From assembly GCA_964019335.1 (NCBI GenBank), contig OZ025664.1, forward strand, positions 186,001 through 250,000: DNA of 64,000 nt, written 5' to 3'. A program made the translations under genes and the position numbers. This stretch comes from Diplonema japonicum (taxonomy: Eukaryota; Protista; Euglenozoa: Diplonemea). Below are positions 33,544 to 44,540 of this stretch, in pieces; the first letter of the stretch is position 1; every line of letters begins with the position of its first letter. Under the pieces are notes generated by a model. That model saw only the letters and a list, made by a program, of their open reading frames with translations. It did no database searches and was not told the origin of the DNA.

Positions 33544-34205
33544 ATCAAATGCCGAAAACGAAGAAGGAAGAGAGTCTTCTGCCCGAAATAAGCAAAGCAC
33601 AGTACCAAAGACGAAGAACCGACTGAAGTCGCTCATCTTAGGAAGCTGAAGAAAAACGGCGCTGCCCCCTACTTCTCTTTGAACCAAGTACTCCCAGATA
33701 AGGGCAGTTTTTAAGGAAAAGTGCAACCAGAAGGTTCATTTCGAACGGGGGGATCTCGAGGAGCTCATGTCTATGGAGTGCCCTGGGTCTAAGCCGCTGA
33801 ACCGCTTCTTACTGTACCGTGCTTTGTTTGTACGGAGAACTATAACCTGGAAAGGTGCAATATCGCAGGTCAACAGGGTTGCCTGGGGGACTAAAAATGT
33901 GTAGGGTCACCGTACTTCCGCCTGAATCAGCTAAAAATAGGCCGTTTTTCATAATTTGATAGCTATTATTGACAGTTGATAGCCCATAATTTGGTTTTGG
34001 GTTTTTGGCCCACTTTCTCGGTCACTCGGAGTGACTCAATTTCTGAACTATCAGATAAAATTACTTACTTTGCGCCAAAATATGGCCATCCCATTTACTC
34101 TCGAACCGTTTTTTTTTTTTGACCTCGGGCCCTGTGGGCCCTCGGCCAAAAAACCCACGATTCTCGAGTAAATTATGGCCATAATTTGTTGCAAATAAAT
34201 AGCTA
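33318..34205. mobile_element. Hairpin/asymmetric-IR element, copy 3 (divergent subfamily, opposite orientation)
   Basis: IRs TTTTATCTGATAGTTCAGAAATT-(TCT/GAG)-TCACTC at 33318-33349 and 34029-34060. Fold-back 34063-34205 aligns in reverse with the copy 1 hairpin. CATAATTTGATAGCT repeats inside. Confidence 0.8.
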
Positions 34206-34277
34206 TTTTCTCCCCCATCCTGTCTTTTCCTTTTTCTGTTTTATCGTCTTCGGCAAAAAAAAAAAAAAAAAAAAAAA

Positions 34278-34712
34278 GGGAAAAACACCGTTCACGGTAA
34301 GCAAATAACTTTTTTCCACCGTTTCCTTAAACCTAAAATTTTTTTTCCACCGTTACTGTAATCATCAAGTTTTTCCCTTATGCAACTACAGACTTTTTTT
34401 CCACCAAACACGGTAACCTGTATCATTTTATGCCTGTTTAGGGTTTATCATAAAATGTAGTATGAGGTGCAAAAATAATGATGGGATGATGAGAGTGGAA
34501 AAAAAGTTCCAACATACATGGTTTAGTGGAAATAAGATTAGGTTACCGTGGACAGTGGAAACTTTATTAAAAAAAAACCGTTTTGGTGGAAAAAAAAGTT
34601 ATGATTACCGTACTTGGTGGAAAAAAAGTTCCAAGTTACCGTGAATAGAGGTAAAAATTCTGCTTACAGTACTTGGTAAAAAGTTATTTGCTTACCGTGA
34701 ACGGTGTTTTTC

Positions 34713-34714
<2 letters not shown>
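34278..34714. mobile_element. MULE/foldback-type MITE related to 28319-29040
   Basis: ~37-bp TIR G(G/A)GAAAAACACCGTTCACGGTAAGCAAATAACTTTTT; inverted subterminal TTCCACC..CACGGTAA repeats; A-run flanks. Confidence 0.82.
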
Positions 34715-34744
<30 letters not shown>

Positions 34745-34853
34745 AAAAAAATCGAACGTCAAGACTAACACAACGAGACCATATTATTTATATGCCAACA
34801 CCCCTTGTTCATCATTTCACAGCCTTTTGTGTAAAAAAAAAACAAAACAAAAC

Positions 34854-36728
34854 ATGGGGAAGCGTTCCAAGAGTGTGCAGAAAGCAAATGTGAGGAGCTG
34901 CTCAACTGGGTCCAACCAGAGCTGGGTGCAGAAGGACGCCCTCGTCGCACCCATAAAGATCAAGACACTGGAGACCGAGCTGAAGGCCGAGAAGAATGAA
35001 AAAACGCTCATCGGGAAGGCTCTGCGCAAGAAAGTGAAAAACCTGAACGAACTCCAGCACGAAGTAGAGGCCTTGAAGGGTGAGAAAACAACCCTCGAAA
35101 CGCAACTGAGCTCAGAAGCAACGACCAAGAAAAGCATCTCCAAAAAGCTCGAGCGCAAGCTGGAAGAGGTCAAGACAAAGTCACGAGCACGTGAAACCGA
35201 ACTCAGATCCGAAATGGAAATGCAAACCGACGAGATCGCCGACTTGAAGCAGCAACTCGAACAATCAGTTCAAGACAAACAGGAGGCCGTGTCCCGTGTC
35301 GAAGCTGAGCTTGAGAAGACAAACCAGAAGCTCGCCAAAGCCGCAAACACAAAGAAGAAGATCGACAAAACAAACGCCTCACTCAATAAGAGCAACGAAG
35401 AGAAGCAGTCGACCATCGACAAGCTGGAGAGCACCATTTCAACCGGCGAGAAGAAAATTCTGATGCTTGCTGAGAAGCTGAACGAAGCCAACGACAAGGT
35501 GGACGCTCTGCAGGAAGAGCTGGAAGCAGTGAACAACACCGCCGCCGCCCGCAGTCAGGCCGCTGAGGAGAACACGAAATCGCTCGAGCGCAAGCTTGAC
35601 AGCCTCAACACCGTGGAGGACAAGATGGTCGACATCACCGCCCACAACAGAGCCCTCGAGGAGCAGCTCAAGGCAACAAACACCAAAATCGGTGAGCTCA
35701 AGTCCAAACTATCAGAACAAATGGAGGAAAACGAAGTCATGTCGCGTTCGAACGAAGACATGCAGACCGAACTGGACCGTTTGAAGCAGCTTGCCGACAC
35801 GGCAGGGGCATTGGTGACGGAGGCGAAGAAGCTGGGCGACGAGGTTAAGACGCTGAAGAAGGAGTCCCGTTCCAAGACGAAGAAGATCGAGCAGATGGAG
35901 AAAGACCACACGGCAAACAAGCAAATGATCGAAACGCTCGGCGAAGAGAAAGCAGAACGCGACGCAATGATCAAAGACATGGCTCAGAACAAGCACATGC
36001 AACGCATCGCTGACGAGAACGAGCTTGTGGAGAAGATCGAAAGGGGAAGAGCAAGCATGGGGATGACCACCGACACCAGTGTGGAACGTCACGGAAGGGG
36101 AGGCAGCATGTACGTCGTGGAGAGCAAACCACTTCTCAACGTGGAGAGCCCAAGGTTCACAGCACCAGACGCAAGGCTAGCATCGATAGGCTCATGCAAC
36201 GTGGAAGAACCTTTGGAACTAGGCTCACCGTACTCGCAAAAGCACGTTTCTATCAACCGCTGCCACACACCAGTGAGGGAGGTGGTCAGGGAGAGGACCC
36301 CAACCATGCACCACACAGAGCATGTTTCCATCGGTCGCTGCCACACACCAAAGAGATGCACAACTAACAACGGTCCTACTGTGAGCGAGAGGCCCATGCA
36401 CCACCAAGACGATGAGTACCAAGCACCCGTTACCACACCAAAAGCAAACACCGCACCTTGCATCTACGGTACAACACCTTCCAAGCAGGACAAGGAGAAC
36501 TACAAGGCAGCGCTTGATGAACAAGTTGCCACGAGAAGGGCTCAGAGTAAGCGCAAGGCCGAACCCGTGACGGACTTCTTCCGTTTCGGAGTCGCCGGAT
36601 CAGGTGCCCCAATCAGGAATTCTCAGAACGAAGTTGTGACGAATGTCACCTTCACACGTTCCACCAACTACCTCCCTGTGGACCACCCGATGTCTGCAAA
36701 GAAATCTAAGAAGCCTCGTCATTTCTAA
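34854..36728 (+). CDS. Long coiled-coil protein with a low-complexity C-terminal region
   Basis: About 400 aa of E/K/L heptads; duplicated HVSI(N/G)RCHTP motif. Confidence 0.85.
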   Translation: MGKRSKSVQKANVRSCSTGSNQSWVQKDALVAPIKIKTLETELKAEKNEKTLIGKALRKKVKNLNELQHEVEALKGEKTTLETQLSSEATTKKSISKKLERKLEEVKTKSRARETELRSEMEMQTDEIADLKQQLEQSVQDKQEAVSRVEAELEKTNQKLAKAANTKKKIDKTNASLNKSNEEKQSTIDKLESTISTGEKKILMLAEKLNEANDKVDALQEELEAVNNTAAARSQAAEENTKSLERKLDSLNTVEDKMVDITAHNRALEEQLKATNTKIGELKSKLSEQMEENEVMSRSNEDMQTELDRLKQLADTAGALVTEAKKLGDEVKTLKKESRSKTKKIEQMEKDHTANKQMIETLGEEKAERDAMIKDMAQNKHMQRIADENELVEKIERGRASMGMTTDTSVERHGRGGSMYVVESKPLLNVESPRFTAPDARLASIGSCNVEEPLELGSPYSQKHVSINRCHTPVREVVRERTPTMHHTEHVSIGRCHTPKRCTTNNGPTVSERPMHHQDDEYQAPVTTPKANTAPCIYGTTPSKQDKENYKAALDEQVATRRAQSKRKAEPVTDFFRFGVAGSGAPIRNSQNEVVTNVTFTRSTNYLPVDHPMSAKKSKKPRHF

Positions 36729-37244
36729 TTATTTTTTTCCCTCCTCCCTGTGTTACCTTAAATTAGAATTTTTTTGTCATTTTTTTCTTATATTTTTCTA
36801 GACTTTCTCCCCACTCCTCCCCCTGCTCCTTCCTTTGTTTTTTTAGAAGAAAAAAATGATGGAAGGGTGACTGTTCATGATTAGAAAAAAATTATAAAAA
36901 GAAGGGAAAAAAAAAAAAAAAAAGAAAAGAAGAAAAAGGATGGGGAAGGTGGTGCCCTGAATGAGCCCCCTTTTATTTTTGATAGAAAATGTACGATTTT
37001 CTTCTTTGTTTTTCTTTTTGCTGTTTTTTGAAAATTGGAGGGGTATTTTACCTAATAAAAGTACTCGTTGAATAGAAGAAGAAAAAAAAAACGGAAACGG
37101 AAAAAGAAGAAGGAAAAAAAAAAGTCTCTCCCTCGCTGTCTTAGAACCTTTTTTGTTTTGTTTTATTTTATTCTGCTTTTCACTTTGGGAAATACAAAAA
37201 AAGGAGGAAAATATAACAAAAAAAAAAAAAAATAGGAAAATGAC

Positions 37245-37901
37245 ATGCCCAAAAACTACACGACGCGTGACTGTGTAGAGATCGAAAAGACAGGTAGAAA
37301 ACAGGTAGTCCATAAAAGGGACCAGGAAACTACATTATGTGTTGCTTCCTGGTGCTTGAAGAGAGTAGAAATACAAGAAAAACATGAACGGATGAAACTG
37401 ATCCGTGTGATGAAAATCGCAATGGAAGGGTGGGACTGTGCACTGGGGTCGGAGCGGAGTTGGAGGGAAATTGCGTTAAACGCAGGCTATCTGCTTTCGC
37501 AGTCCTTCAACGAAAGGATAAAATTGCTGCACACCGAACTGTACCACCGAAGCAATTTGAAGGAAAAATGGATCTTTGCTGTGCAAAACCTGGCGCAGAC
37601 CTCTTCTGAGGCCTCATCAAGACTACCGTGTTCACTGCTCTCCTCCACCGCATTGTTCAAGCCGAAAATCACCTGCCTTCCCGGAACCGTACTGAACGTA
37701 GCGATAAGAGAAGAAACAAGCACGCGGTCGATGATAGGTACGGACCAGCACTGTGTGCGTAAGAAACTGAAAAATTTTGAAGAGCTTGAGGCACTCAGCT
37801 CTTCACTCCCCCCGAAGACCTCCAGTAAGTTCCGCGACAAGGTTTTAAAAGCAATTCAAACTGCAGAGGATACATGGAACGCATTTACATGCACAATTTG
37901 A
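37245..37901 (+). CDS. Hypothetical protein
   Basis: 218-aa ORF after an A-rich leader. Confidence 0.65.
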   Translation: MPKNYTTRDCVEIEKTGRKQVVHKRDQETTLCVASWCLKRVEIQEKHERMKLIRVMKIAMEGWDCALGSERSWREIALNAGYLLSQSFNERIKLLHTELYHRSNLKEKWIFAVQNLAQTSSEASSRLPCSLLSSTALFKPKITCLPGTVLNVAIREETSTRSMIGTDQHCVRKKLKNFEELEALSSSLPPKTSSKFRDKVLKAIQTAEDTWNAFTCTI

Positions 37902-37962
37902 GTTTCACACAAAATCAAAACCCACTTTCTCCCCAACTATTACACATCCAGGTCCATTCATA

Positions 37963-38874
37963 ATGCCCGCGGCCAGTCAAAAAGACCTAGCATCGGGAAT
38001 GGATCACATGTGTCGGGAGATTCGAAGGTACGGCTCCTTGACAGGTTTGCGATATGTGGACTTCTCGCTGAGAAGCCAGGAGGAAATCTTCATCCACATC
38101 AAGGAACGGGACGGGTGTTGTTTTCAAGGAAATAACATAAGAGTGGTAGAACAAGGTCAGTCTCCAAGTAGCCCTGCCCGGGAGCGACCAGGAACGAGCG
38201 AAGGAGTGATATTGATGCTTGGTGTGTATCGAAGATACGAGCGGCCGATGGTGTGGTGTAAGACACGATCTAAGGAGCACACTTTCCAATTCGAGGATGT
38301 CCCTGGGTGGTCCAAGTCACCTTCCCTCCGAGGCGTCAAGAGCAACCACGATTACCCTATCTTCTTGCAAAGCTCCGCTAATTGGCAGTCCTACCCAACA
38401 GAAACTACCTTTTACCATTTTCTGTCTGAGATATTCAATACTTTCATCAACCCTCCTCCTGCCAATCCATTGGCTGTTGACTTTGCTTCTCCTCTTTTGT
38501 CTCAGCCGTCCACCGAGAAACTGTTATCGGTATGTATGAATAATTGGGAGGTTCTTTTTTAGGGAGTAGACGCTTTTGATGACAATCCTTATTATTATTC
38601 GCAAAATTATCCGTCATCCGGCATAGTATAGTGGTTAGAACACCTGGCCCTCACCCAGGAGACCGGGGTTCAATTCCCCGTGCCGGAATTTTTTAATATC
38701 ATCAAACAGGTTTCATCTCTTATTAACGTTTTATCCCACTTGCCCCCAACAGATGAGATTCAAAAAGATGTTGAGAAGTATGTGTACATGCCAAGCTCCT
38801 CAATTCATCTCCCTTTCCGCAGATTACACAAAATATACGCGCAAGAAATGCTAAAGATTGCGTCGGAGGGATAG
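37963..38874 (+). CDS. Hypothetical protein, 3 exons (introns 38530-38709, which contains a tRNA, and 38778-38822)
   Basis: GTATGT donors and AAACAG/CCGCAG acceptors give the in-frame TEKLLS|VSSLINVLSHLPPTDEIQKDVEK|LHKIYAQEMLKIASEG*. Confidence 0.75.
38617..38688 (+). tRNA. tRNA-Glu(CTC), intronic, with C33
   Basis: Acceptor TCCGGCA/TGCCGGA; anticodon arm CCTGG-CCCTCAC-CCAGG; T arm CGGGG-TTCAATT-CCCCG; T-run downstream. Confidence 0.93.
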
Positions 38875-38994
38875 CATTCATTGGGGCATACACAGTGAGT
38901 GTTTTTTTTTTTTTCTCTTTTTTTAATTTGGGTTTGCATTTTTAGTTTTTTTTTTTCCTCCTTCCTCTGTACTCATTAATTAAAAGGGGGAAGA

Positions 38995-39315
38995 ATGATC
39001 AATAATTTGTCTAAGTACACGGGAATGACGCAGGCCCGTGCGGAGGTTGTGATCGCAGATTTCTCAGAGGCGTGCTCGAGTAGTGCTGCAGGCATTCTGA
39101 GGGAGTTGCTTGGCAAAGGATGGTATATTTCTGAGGAGGACATCGAGAGCAACGCGGAAGCTACTCTTCGAAATATCATCAAGCTTGTTGTAAATACAAT
39201 GCAGTACGACCTCGCTGGGACACCTCAGATGATCAAGGAGTGTATATTTCTCTTAGAAACATTTACAGACCGCTCATCTCCTTCCTCCAATCCTGTGATG
39301 GAACCTGCTTGTTAG
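38995..39315 (+). CDS. Short paralog of the CCCH-finger family below, lacking the finger
   Basis: LLGKGW...IIKLVVNTMQYDLAG...LLE matches the 39805 and 41932 proteins. Confidence 0.65.
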   Translation: MINNLSKYTGMTQARAEVVIADFSEACSSSAAGILRELLGKGWYISEEDIESNAEATLRNIIKLVVNTMQYDLAGTPQMIKECIFLLETFTDRSSPSSNPVMEPAC

Positions 39316-39768
39316 CCTGCACAATCCTCCCCAGGGAAGGAACACCAGTATTTTTCAGTTAGGGAGAAGGATAGTGCTCCGGGATGGGGGCCTTTTTTTC
39401 TTTCTTTTTATTTCTCTACTTGCTACTTTTTTAATTGCAACGTCTTCTATCTATCCCCCTCCCCCCTTTTTTCTTTTCTCGCACCTTTCTTCCCCTGAAA
39501 AAAAAAGAACACCCTCAAGAAGCCTTTCTGAGAAGGTGGCAAGTAGTCTTTTTCTTCTCCAGTGAGGGGGGAAAATATGAAAAAGTATATTCCAGTTCTA
39601 ATCCCCCCCCTTTGGTGTGCTTTTCCTTCCCCTTTTCATCTAATGTGGAAGGCTAAAGAGCTTGTAACAAAACCTCCCCCTCCCCTCCTTCCAATCATTA
39701 CACACTACGAGCGATAGCTATTTTTTTCTTTTGAATCCATTTTTCTTTTTGAAACAAACTTCTCTCAA

Positions 39769-39804
<36 letters not shown>

Positions 39805-39807
<3 letters not shown>

Positions 39808-40347
39808 AAATCTTCGAAAAGCGGTGTGGGTTCAAAAACGAAAACCGATAAGAAGCCCAACTCGAACTGGTGCAACCGCATGCGATCTTCCTGCTGCAGG
39901 TACGTGGTAGACGGGGTGAATAATTGCAAATATGTTCACATTGATGAATACGCCCAATTGGGGAAGAAGGAGAGGGATAACATGAACATGCAGAGCCTCA
40001 TGACCTGCCATGCTTCAATACTGAAAGCAGTCTACGTGAGAGGTGCAGCGGAAAACGGGGTAGATTACGAGAAGATTGCAATGCTCTTAACGGCTTGGGG
40101 GTGGTCTAACACACCAGGAGTGAGCCATAGGCAATTCTTTGAATCAGTCGTGAAGGTGGTGGTATACACACTTCATTATGATCTTAAAGGGGCAGCAGCA
40201 GTGATGTTGAACACTCTATGGCTTTTCGAAGAGATCTTAATGCTCCCGCCAGCTGCCTCTGCACGTGTGAAACCCACCAGCCTTCCACAGCCCTTTTTCT
40301 TTCCGATATTCGTACCCGTACCTGTGGTGCAGCACCTTTATCTTTAG
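39805..40347 (+). CDS. Atypical CCCH zinc-finger protein, paralog 2
   Basis: WCNRMRSSCCRYVVDGVNNCKYVH followed by the shared helical domain (VVYTLHYDLKGAA). Confidence 0.75.
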
Positions 40348-40979
40348 TCCGCCCTTCTTCTTTTACTTATACTTCAAATTCTTATTACTACTCATGCGAA
40401 GACATGAGTCACGAAAGAATTGTTTCTCTTCCCTCCCTCTTTCTTTTTTGTATGCAGTGATAATTCCGTGGCGATAGTTTTTTTTTTTTTTTTTTTTTTT
40501 ACCAGCAGTATGGTCACGGATTATCACGAGAGAAAAAAAAAAAAATTCCTTTTTTTTTTTCTAACTATTTTTTTTCTCCCCCCACCTTTTTGTTCGACCG
40601 ATTTCTATCTTCATTTTTTGTTGCTTTTTTTTTTTTTAAACTTCCATAAGACATAGTATCCGAGGTTAACAGATCACCTTTGGGTTTTGAAACCCGACCG
40701 AGCAATTTTAGATTTTCGATCACAGTCGGGTTAATAACGGGTTTGATCCCAGTTAATGATCGGTTTTTTTTTCTAATTTAATTGCCATCCAATTTGCCAT
40801 CCAAAACCCATATTTCTGGCAAAAAATACCAAGATCATGTTTAATTTTTTTTTTTTTTTTTTTTTTTTTTCAAAATGCCTATTTTGACAATCTGAGCCCA
40901 TTCCAGCCATTAAAACCCAAAATAGAGTGCAGTTTTGAGAAATTGGATTCGGACCTGTTATATACCGGGTCAGGGTCCA

Positions 40980-41780
40980 AGTTAAAAACAACAGGATAAA
41001 GCGACAAGACTCAGCTCTTGGAGAAGAGCAGGGACCAGCTGGTGGCCATGCCAAAAGGAGGAAATTAAGCTCCTACGGCACCAAGGGCACACTTGCTAGC
41101 AGGATCGCTGCTGACAAGTCGAAGAACGGTGGGGAGGACACCGACAACGCAAGCCCGGGAATCAAGAAGCGCACACCCCTTCCACAAACGGTGGAGGTGA
41201 AGAACTCGGCTTTCCAGTTGAGAACCAGCCTAGCCTACACTCCAAGGCGCACCTCCCCAAACCGTACCTTCGGAAAATTCGCCGGGAGCACATCATTATT
41301 ACTAACCTTGTGACCCGGAACCCTGCTGCGATTGACAGGTTCTTCTCTGTGGTGTCTGTCGAGACGCTTTCGGAACCGTCCAAGGGTCTCAAGAAAGTTC
41401 AGCAACCTGTTCTACTCGTGCCCCACTCGGAAGGCGAGGTGGATGCAGTTCCAACTGCAGAACAGCGCCCAGCACGTCAAGTCGACGCTGGAGTTGGACA
41501 GATGTTGACGTCCGTGGAGAAGCTCGAGAGCCTGAAGACGAAGAAAGGCTGTGCTGCGGCGCGTACGAGAGCAGGTTCGCGAAGGGCATGGTTGCATGCT
41601 CTCTTCCCGTTTTAATTATTGACTTTTGGTGATGGGGATACCATGAAAATATAAGAAAAACATCAGATGTGTTGTTCGCTGTTGACCTCCTCGTCGGTCA
41701 TCACCGGTAGCGCCCGAGTGGAAGAACACAATGCAGATGCTCAGGGTGACGAACAGGCAGCAAACTACACAAGCGCCGAA
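40980..41780 (+). pseudogene. Decayed coding fragment with a SAP-like motif, possibly transposon-derived
   Basis: QLLEKSRDQLVAM / KRRKLSSYGTKGTLASRI split by a frameshift; fragmented ORFs downstream. Confidence 0.35.
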
Positions 41781-41818
41781 TCTTGGTTACCCGGGACGCC
41801 CCGGCGGTTTTGATTTTC

Positions 41819-41862
<44 letters not shown>

Positions 41863-41931
41863 GCGGTGATCGGTTTAAAAAAAAAAAAAGAAAAGAAAAG
41901 AAAAAGGTAGAATAATAATAAAATAAAAAAA

Positions 41932-42597
41932 ATGCCTGAGATTAAGTGGTGCAACAACATGAGGTCGGTATCTTGCTGCTTTATGTACGAAAGCGGATCG
42001 AAATGCAAGTTCATGCACATTGATCAGTTCGTGCTGTTGGAGAAAGAGGAGAAGAGCGGCTTCACGGTACAGAGCATTATGGACGTGCATGCAAAACAGC
42101 TAACAGAGTCGTATTACAAGGCCATGCTCGAGAGTGTGAGGACGGGGGGTGTCACCTATGCAGGGATGGAAAGAAAACTGATCGAGGAGGGGTGGTCCAA
42201 CAGGACGGAGGAGTGCCCTAAAGAGTTTTTCCAGAAGATCGTAAAGCTCGTAGTGAACACGCTTCACTATGATCTTCACGGGGCTGCAGATATCATGTTG
42301 AGGACTATCAAGCTCCTCGAGGGGGTGTTCAGTCCCGTGCCAGCGCAACGTTTTGTTTACGCGCCTCGTCATCGGGCACATCCTAGTGTTATTCCACCCA
42401 CCGTCATTCCACCACCTTCTTCTCCCCCTCATGTGGTCACGCATTGCTGTTACTCCCCTGATAACAGCTTCTTGCATAGTACCTCCTTGCCTCCCACACC
42501 TGTGTCGGAAAGCCACGATCCGTTGTCCCCCGCTGCCGAAGAGGACGAGGAGCTTATTGATGTGGAACAGGTTGCCATGTACTTGATGGCGATATGA
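41932..42597 (+). CDS. Atypical CCCH zinc-finger protein, paralog 3
   Basis: WCNNMRSVSCCFMYESGSKCKFMH; VVNTLHYDLHGAA; Pro-rich tail. Confidence 0.78.
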   Translation: MPEIKWCNNMRSVSCCFMYESGSKCKFMHIDQFVLLEKEEKSGFTVQSIMDVHAKQLTESYYKAMLESVRTGGVTYAGMERKLIEEGWSNRTEECPKEFFQKIVKLVVNTLHYDLHGAADIMLRTIKLLEGVFSPVPAQRFVYAPRHRAHPSVIPPTVIPPPSSPPHVVTHCCYSPDNSFLHSTSLPPTPVSESHDPLSPAAEEDEELIDVEQVAMYLMAI

Positions 42598-42606
42598 TCT
42601 TTCTCT

Positions 42607-42661
<55 letters not shown>

Positions 42662-43790
42662 TTTCTTCTCTTGATCCTTTCTTTTCTCCTTTTGAACTTG
42701 CCGTTACCCCCGACGTAGTTCTGTGTTGTCGGTGGTGAGAGAAGAGGAGAACGGGGTTGGAGTAGAGAAAAGATGAAAAAAAAAAAAAAAAGAATAGTTA
42801 ATAAGCTGCTATAAAACAGTGATTTTTTTTCTTTTTCTTTTTTTTTTCTCCCCTCCCTTTCTCTTTTTTTCTGTCCTCTCTTTACACTTTTTTTTGAAAG
42901 GAAAAAAAAAAAAAAAAAAAAAAAATACCGCAAACAAAAAAAAAAAAAAAAAAAAAGAATAAATAAATAACCACCGTTCACTACCACTTAGAGATTTGTC
43001 GCTTCACTCTTGTTGTGTTTACGAGTGAAATACTTGTTGGTAGTGAAGGTGCTTTTTTTCTTTCTTTTCTTCTTCTTTTTTTCCCCCCCCTCCCTCTGAT
43101 CTTATGGTCTCTCCTCTCTCTCTTGTTCTCCTTCTTTTTTTCTTCTTCTCTTCTTCTTTTCTTTCTTTCTTTCCTCTTCTTCGTTTTTCTACCGTACACG
43201 ACAAACCAACTATAGTGCAACGCGTCTATTCTGAGGCTAATAATAGTCGGTTTGCAGGATTTCTTTCCTTTTTTTTTCTCTTTTTTTGCTTATGCTACTG
43301 TATGCTTTGGGCAGCGAAGCTTCCCATCTTATTACTTTAGGAGAAAACTATTTTTTAGGAAAGCCTAAAATACCACAAAACAAAAAAAAAAAAAAAAATA
43401 CTTTTCCCAAAAGAAAAGTGTTTTGTTCAAAACGGAAAAAAGTTTCAAAGAAAAAAAAAAAATGGTCTCTAAAAAAAAATACCTTTTCTTCTGCTCTCCC
43501 CCTCCGCCCCCCTTTTTTTCCCCCCCTCCATCGCACGTTTCGTACCCCCAGCCTTTCCTCTCCATCCGGAAGGGTGTCCTTCCCCTGTTTCCCCTCATAT
43601 ATTTTTTTTCTTTCCTTTTCTTTTTTTGTTTACTGCTCATTACACTACTATTCCCTTCTCACCCCATTTCCCCTCCCTCTTTTTTATTTTCTTGTTTCGT
43701 CACTCCTGCACCCCCCTTTTTTTTCTGATAAAAAAAAAACAGGGTTCTTATTACCTCCCAACAAAAGAAGAAAAAAAAAAAGAAAAGACC

Positions 43791-44540
43791 ATGCGCACAC
43801 AAAGCACCCTGCTGCCCCCGTCAAAAAAACGACGCATTCTTGAAATACATGCAGAGATCACCTGGAAGGTCCTGGAAGGCGTGCAAAGTGAAGTTGGTGC
43901 GGTGATGCAAAAGCATGTCCACGACTGGGGGTGGAACCCAGAGGGCTGGTGGTGCAGAGTAACCAACGAAACAGTAGAAACAGTGGCGGTCAGAGAAGGG
44001 TGCTGCGAAGAATCCGAAGAAGGCGGCACGTTCTATCGGTTAAAAATAGCCTTCAAGAAGGAAAAATACTGTAAATTAAGCTTGTCTTCCCTTTTGCACA
44101 ACAAAAGGCTGAAGGCTCTATATGACAATGGTGCTTACGCTTGTTTTGATGGGGAAACTGATGTGGACCGATTCTGCATTGTGTTGCCCACCCTTCAGAA
44201 GGCAATGGTTCAGGGTCTCTGCAAAACCCCTCCCTTGTGCGACGTGGCTGAAGAAACTTATTTCCCCACTACAGGCGAGACCGCCCAAGCGCTTTCTTTG
44301 AAGATTCGTGGGTTTTTTTGTAAAAAGTTTGGTCTGTCCCTCCCCGCCAAAGAGCCTTTTTATGCCATTCTCCGTTATCCTTACTCAGGGGCCGAGCCTT
44401 GGAACGAACTGGGTTTCATCATACCTGCCTCCCTTCTTGCCTTTTCATTGGTGCCTCTCTTCTGTGCTGACGACAAGCAGGCGCTCCAGGATTTCAAGGA
44501 ATGCATGGTGGCGGGGTGTGGCGATGTCCTGCAGCATTGA
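43791..44540 (+). CDS. Hypothetical protein
   Basis: 249-aa globular-looking ORF after an A-rich leader. Confidence 0.65.
   Translation: MRTQSTLLPPSKKRRILEIHAEITWKVLEGVQSEVGAVMQKHVHDWGWNPEGWWCRVTNETVETVAVREGCCEESEEGGTFYRLKIAFKKEKYCKLSLSSLLHNKRLKALYDNGAYACFDGETDVDRFCIVLPTLQKAMVQGLCKTPPLCDVAEETYFPTTGETAQALSLKIRGFFCKKFGLSLPAKEPFYAILRYPYSGAEPWNELGFIIPASLLAFSLVPLFCADDKQALQDFKECMVAGCGDVLQH

Noticed and set aside
38643-38659. Reading the 38617 tRNA as a UCA opal suppressor or Sec tRNA
   Set aside because: The stem register fixes the anticodon as CTC; the body is Glu-type with no long variable arm.
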